Origin: Alphaproteobacteria bacterium
GTDB taxonomy: Bacteria; Pseudomonadota; Alphaproteobacteria; Rs-D84
DNA: 64,000 nt
Assembly: GCA_017962125.1 (NCBI GenBank)
Contig: JAGCVZ010000008.1
Coordinates: 10,677 to 74,676, forward strand
Direction: 5' to 3'
This document shows positions 63,201 to 64,000 of this stretch, piece after piece. Position 1 is the first letter of the stretch. Every line of letters begins with the position of its first letter. Under the pieces are notes generated by a model. That model was not told the DNA's origin and ran no database searches. It worked only from the letters and a program-made list of their open reading frames with translations. Both the position numbers and the translations under genes were made by a program.

Positions 63201-64000
63201 GCCGAAGGACACTTACGCAAAATACGTGAGGCTTTTCGGCAAAAAAATTCGAAACATGATGAAAACCCAATCAGTGTTTCAAAGCCCGAAGATGCACCGA
63301 CAAAAGTATTTGCAATATCGTATTCCAAGGCAAAGAGATGGGATGAATTACACGAACAACTTGAACAGGTTAAAAATGAATTAAAAGATTCTTCGTTACA
63401 AGGTTCCAAAAGGAAAGAACGTGATACCCTGGTAAAAACTCTTAATCAGAAAATAGCGCAGTTACGGAATCAAACTGGTCGACTCTCGGACTCTGAAATG
63501 TACGATGCGCTTGGGGATGCCTATCGGCGCGAATATAAACAACATCTGTTGATGAAACCGGACGAAAGCGATTTAGATGAATTTGTTAAATGGGACAAAA
63601 AACTGAATTTTTTAACAGAAAAACTTGAGCACTATGGTTTTGGTGATTCAGTGGAACAATCTGACTTGATATTCAAGGCGCCAATCATTGGAATTCAGGC
63701 GCAAAAACAAGCCGAACGTGAAGAGGAATATGAACGCGCATTGCGTGAAAGACAAGCGGCAAAAGAAAAGGATAAAGATAAACCAAAGCCACAACCTACG
63801 CCGAAACCTTTGGAAATAATGCAAGAAGAAAAAGGTTCTAGTCTTGAAACTGCGGTTGAAAACGCTTATGCGAAATCAATACACGACCCCAGTGGAAGAC
63901 ATTATATCCCGGATGTGCTTGTAAACCTATCGGAACAACCGGACCTTATATCGAAAGAATTGTTTAAAATACGTGGTGTTCCGGTAACATTGGTTGATAT
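60291..64000 (+). CDS. Very large membrane-associated repeat protein (>=1236 aa, 3' end outside the window)
   Basis: Absent from the ORF track because it has no stop in the window. ATG at 60291 behind AAGGGGGA. I hand-translated 60291-63010 and 63412-64000 and found no stop. Central TM/glycine-zipper block ('GFAAGGLAGIAMGAGLGALALGAY'), then Pro/Glu tandem repeats. Confidence 0.7.
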   Translation, partial: MPTVTVDNAKNMDVQEKKSDQDVVRLAKRIAIAYGSDKVRLLASRDVRRAVLLHDIDAINRIITKVPQMSPELRLNFCDAFVGEDMMGLDLATPAILGDAYRAISKRVRSGDKGQQERLDKLAAHIDDLSTDFANSGGMVVSQREWPLVDVTNIADVYEGFGSMLDARKTEIDAASNPDKIKEIDNNLEQIKVVVSDYDESWGLMKARNEDAPKLADRWEDLYGVLNRAKIFEETKEKLALQKFLDSKKQVIPQFVSGKQGDKKKYETYERGFDIARGGRLDSIVEIARHNIAKRHVADFNFKIDEAALESELNEEILNVLFEISTMDKIVQKGTEDTDKFADEKYREEFVNSLTETTGEISDTGYNAAIEAQTNATVGWGARLKGKIGKSKKLDNLWKKVNQPLERIDDMADVRMSRGAVARRKKRRDFCWGILQGFDTSSIVSAFITIVATAAAAKYGVSLAVSLAILGGISTLTLIAIQFAQWVKAQKKAGRPVSWEEFKKNKQLVRSFGTSGLAMVAMGFAAGGLAGIAMGAGLGALALGAYNNGKTVYHAARDAKMSKIQAIAWAIAKAGSIVLGGFTGRYVAQGLTSMYNRVNPDNTWFQNKEMIDGEPKKISDEVTHEETTTHYTDEMLQSAESAVKDWYAKDFPNNPEKLQQDIDIINQYNAEHHTNIDPYRALRMIKMAQPERFSFTDLWADRYHYTPEQINSVAHALDTGVANPDAMSILNQMDIHNVGVKGQIGPVESHIENQLYSNPGELPTQTTKTVVDKPAVWESTKIPRYDSVKGDGIGTVGNYEQDEYKSTGISRNLDSFLARVRQNRRNKVPDSISPVVPKEEPQDEILPVISPVVPKEEPQDEILPVIPPVVPKEEPQDEISPIVPEKESQDEIPPVAPEEEQENAEKSLFTPVIEEKVQPTTEQILSELQDEDLPILEPLSKDEQKLSDKPKFELPKLSLDRVFPKPLFPDAEGHLRKIREAFRQKNSKHDENPISVSKPEDAPTKVFAISYSKAKRWDELHEQLEQVKNELKDSSLQGSKRKERDTLVKTLNQKIAQLRNQTGRLSDSEMYDALGDAYRREYKQHLLMKPDESDLDEFVKWDKKLNFLTEKLEHYGFGDSVEQSDLIFKAPIIGIQAQKQAEREEEYERALRERQAAKEKDKDKPKPQPTPKPLEIMQEEKGSSLETAVENAYAKSIHDPSGRHYIPDVLVNLSEQPDLISKELFKIRGVPVTLVD
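62784..62990 (+). repeat. In-frame 51-bp tandem repeat (about 3.7 copies) inside the large ORF
   Basis: Units at 62784, 62835 and 62886. The first two are identical: 'atttcacctgttgttccaaaagaagaaccacaagatgaaattttacctgtt', encoding 'ISPVVPKEEPQDEILPV'. A degenerate fourth unit follows. Confidence 0.9.

Noticed and set aside
62740-63409. ORF 62740-63030 (+) with 'KKNHKMKF' repeats, and ORF 62753-63409 (-)
   Set aside because: Both are out-of-frame or antisense readings of the 51-bp tandem repeats inside the large frame-0 ORF that starts at 60291. That frame gives a coherent Pro/Glu-rich repeat and continues far beyond them.

Overview
AT-rich, gene-dense chromosomal window from a Gram-negative bacterium. 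The gene content suggests an intracellular or amoeba-associated alphaproteobacterium (Rickettsiales/Holosporales-like), based on lpxI, the frr-uppS-cdsA-rseP-bamA block, VirB-like genes, and DUF4116 and LRR effector-like proteins; this placement is inference. Housekeeping genes I recognise with confidence: aroK, mscL, recG, rph, gap, miaA, priA, birA, dnaB, aspS (archaeal type), bamA, rseP, cdsA, uppS, frr, tRNA-His(GTG) and tRNA-Ala(GGC). The most unusual region is 31.7-44.0 kb. It is a compact T7-like podovirus head, tail-tube and packaging module (scaffold, capsid, gp11/gp12-like, TerL, portal). I see no integrase, replication/transcription genes, ejection proteins or tail fibre in it. Its large terminase is split into two intact ORFs by a 3.3-kb antisense cassette (unknown gene, double-HTH CI/LexA-like protein, DnaB) that abuts both halves with no intergenic DNA. 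The module begins with a strong promoter followed by tandem terminators. This could be a domesticated GTA-like element or a decaying prophage. Other candidates are listed below.
- A T-box leader with an SD-sequestering platform upstream of the archaeal-type AspRS.
- A promoter-to-terminator sRNA with two CU-rich loops.
- A VirB7/VirB8-like envelope operon and an orphan VirB11 ATPase.
- A family of GC-rich palindromic repeats.
- A class-I aaRS-like paralogue operon.
- A giant repeat-bearing membrane protein that runs off the window end.
All functional calls come from motif recognition by eye; no database search was run.
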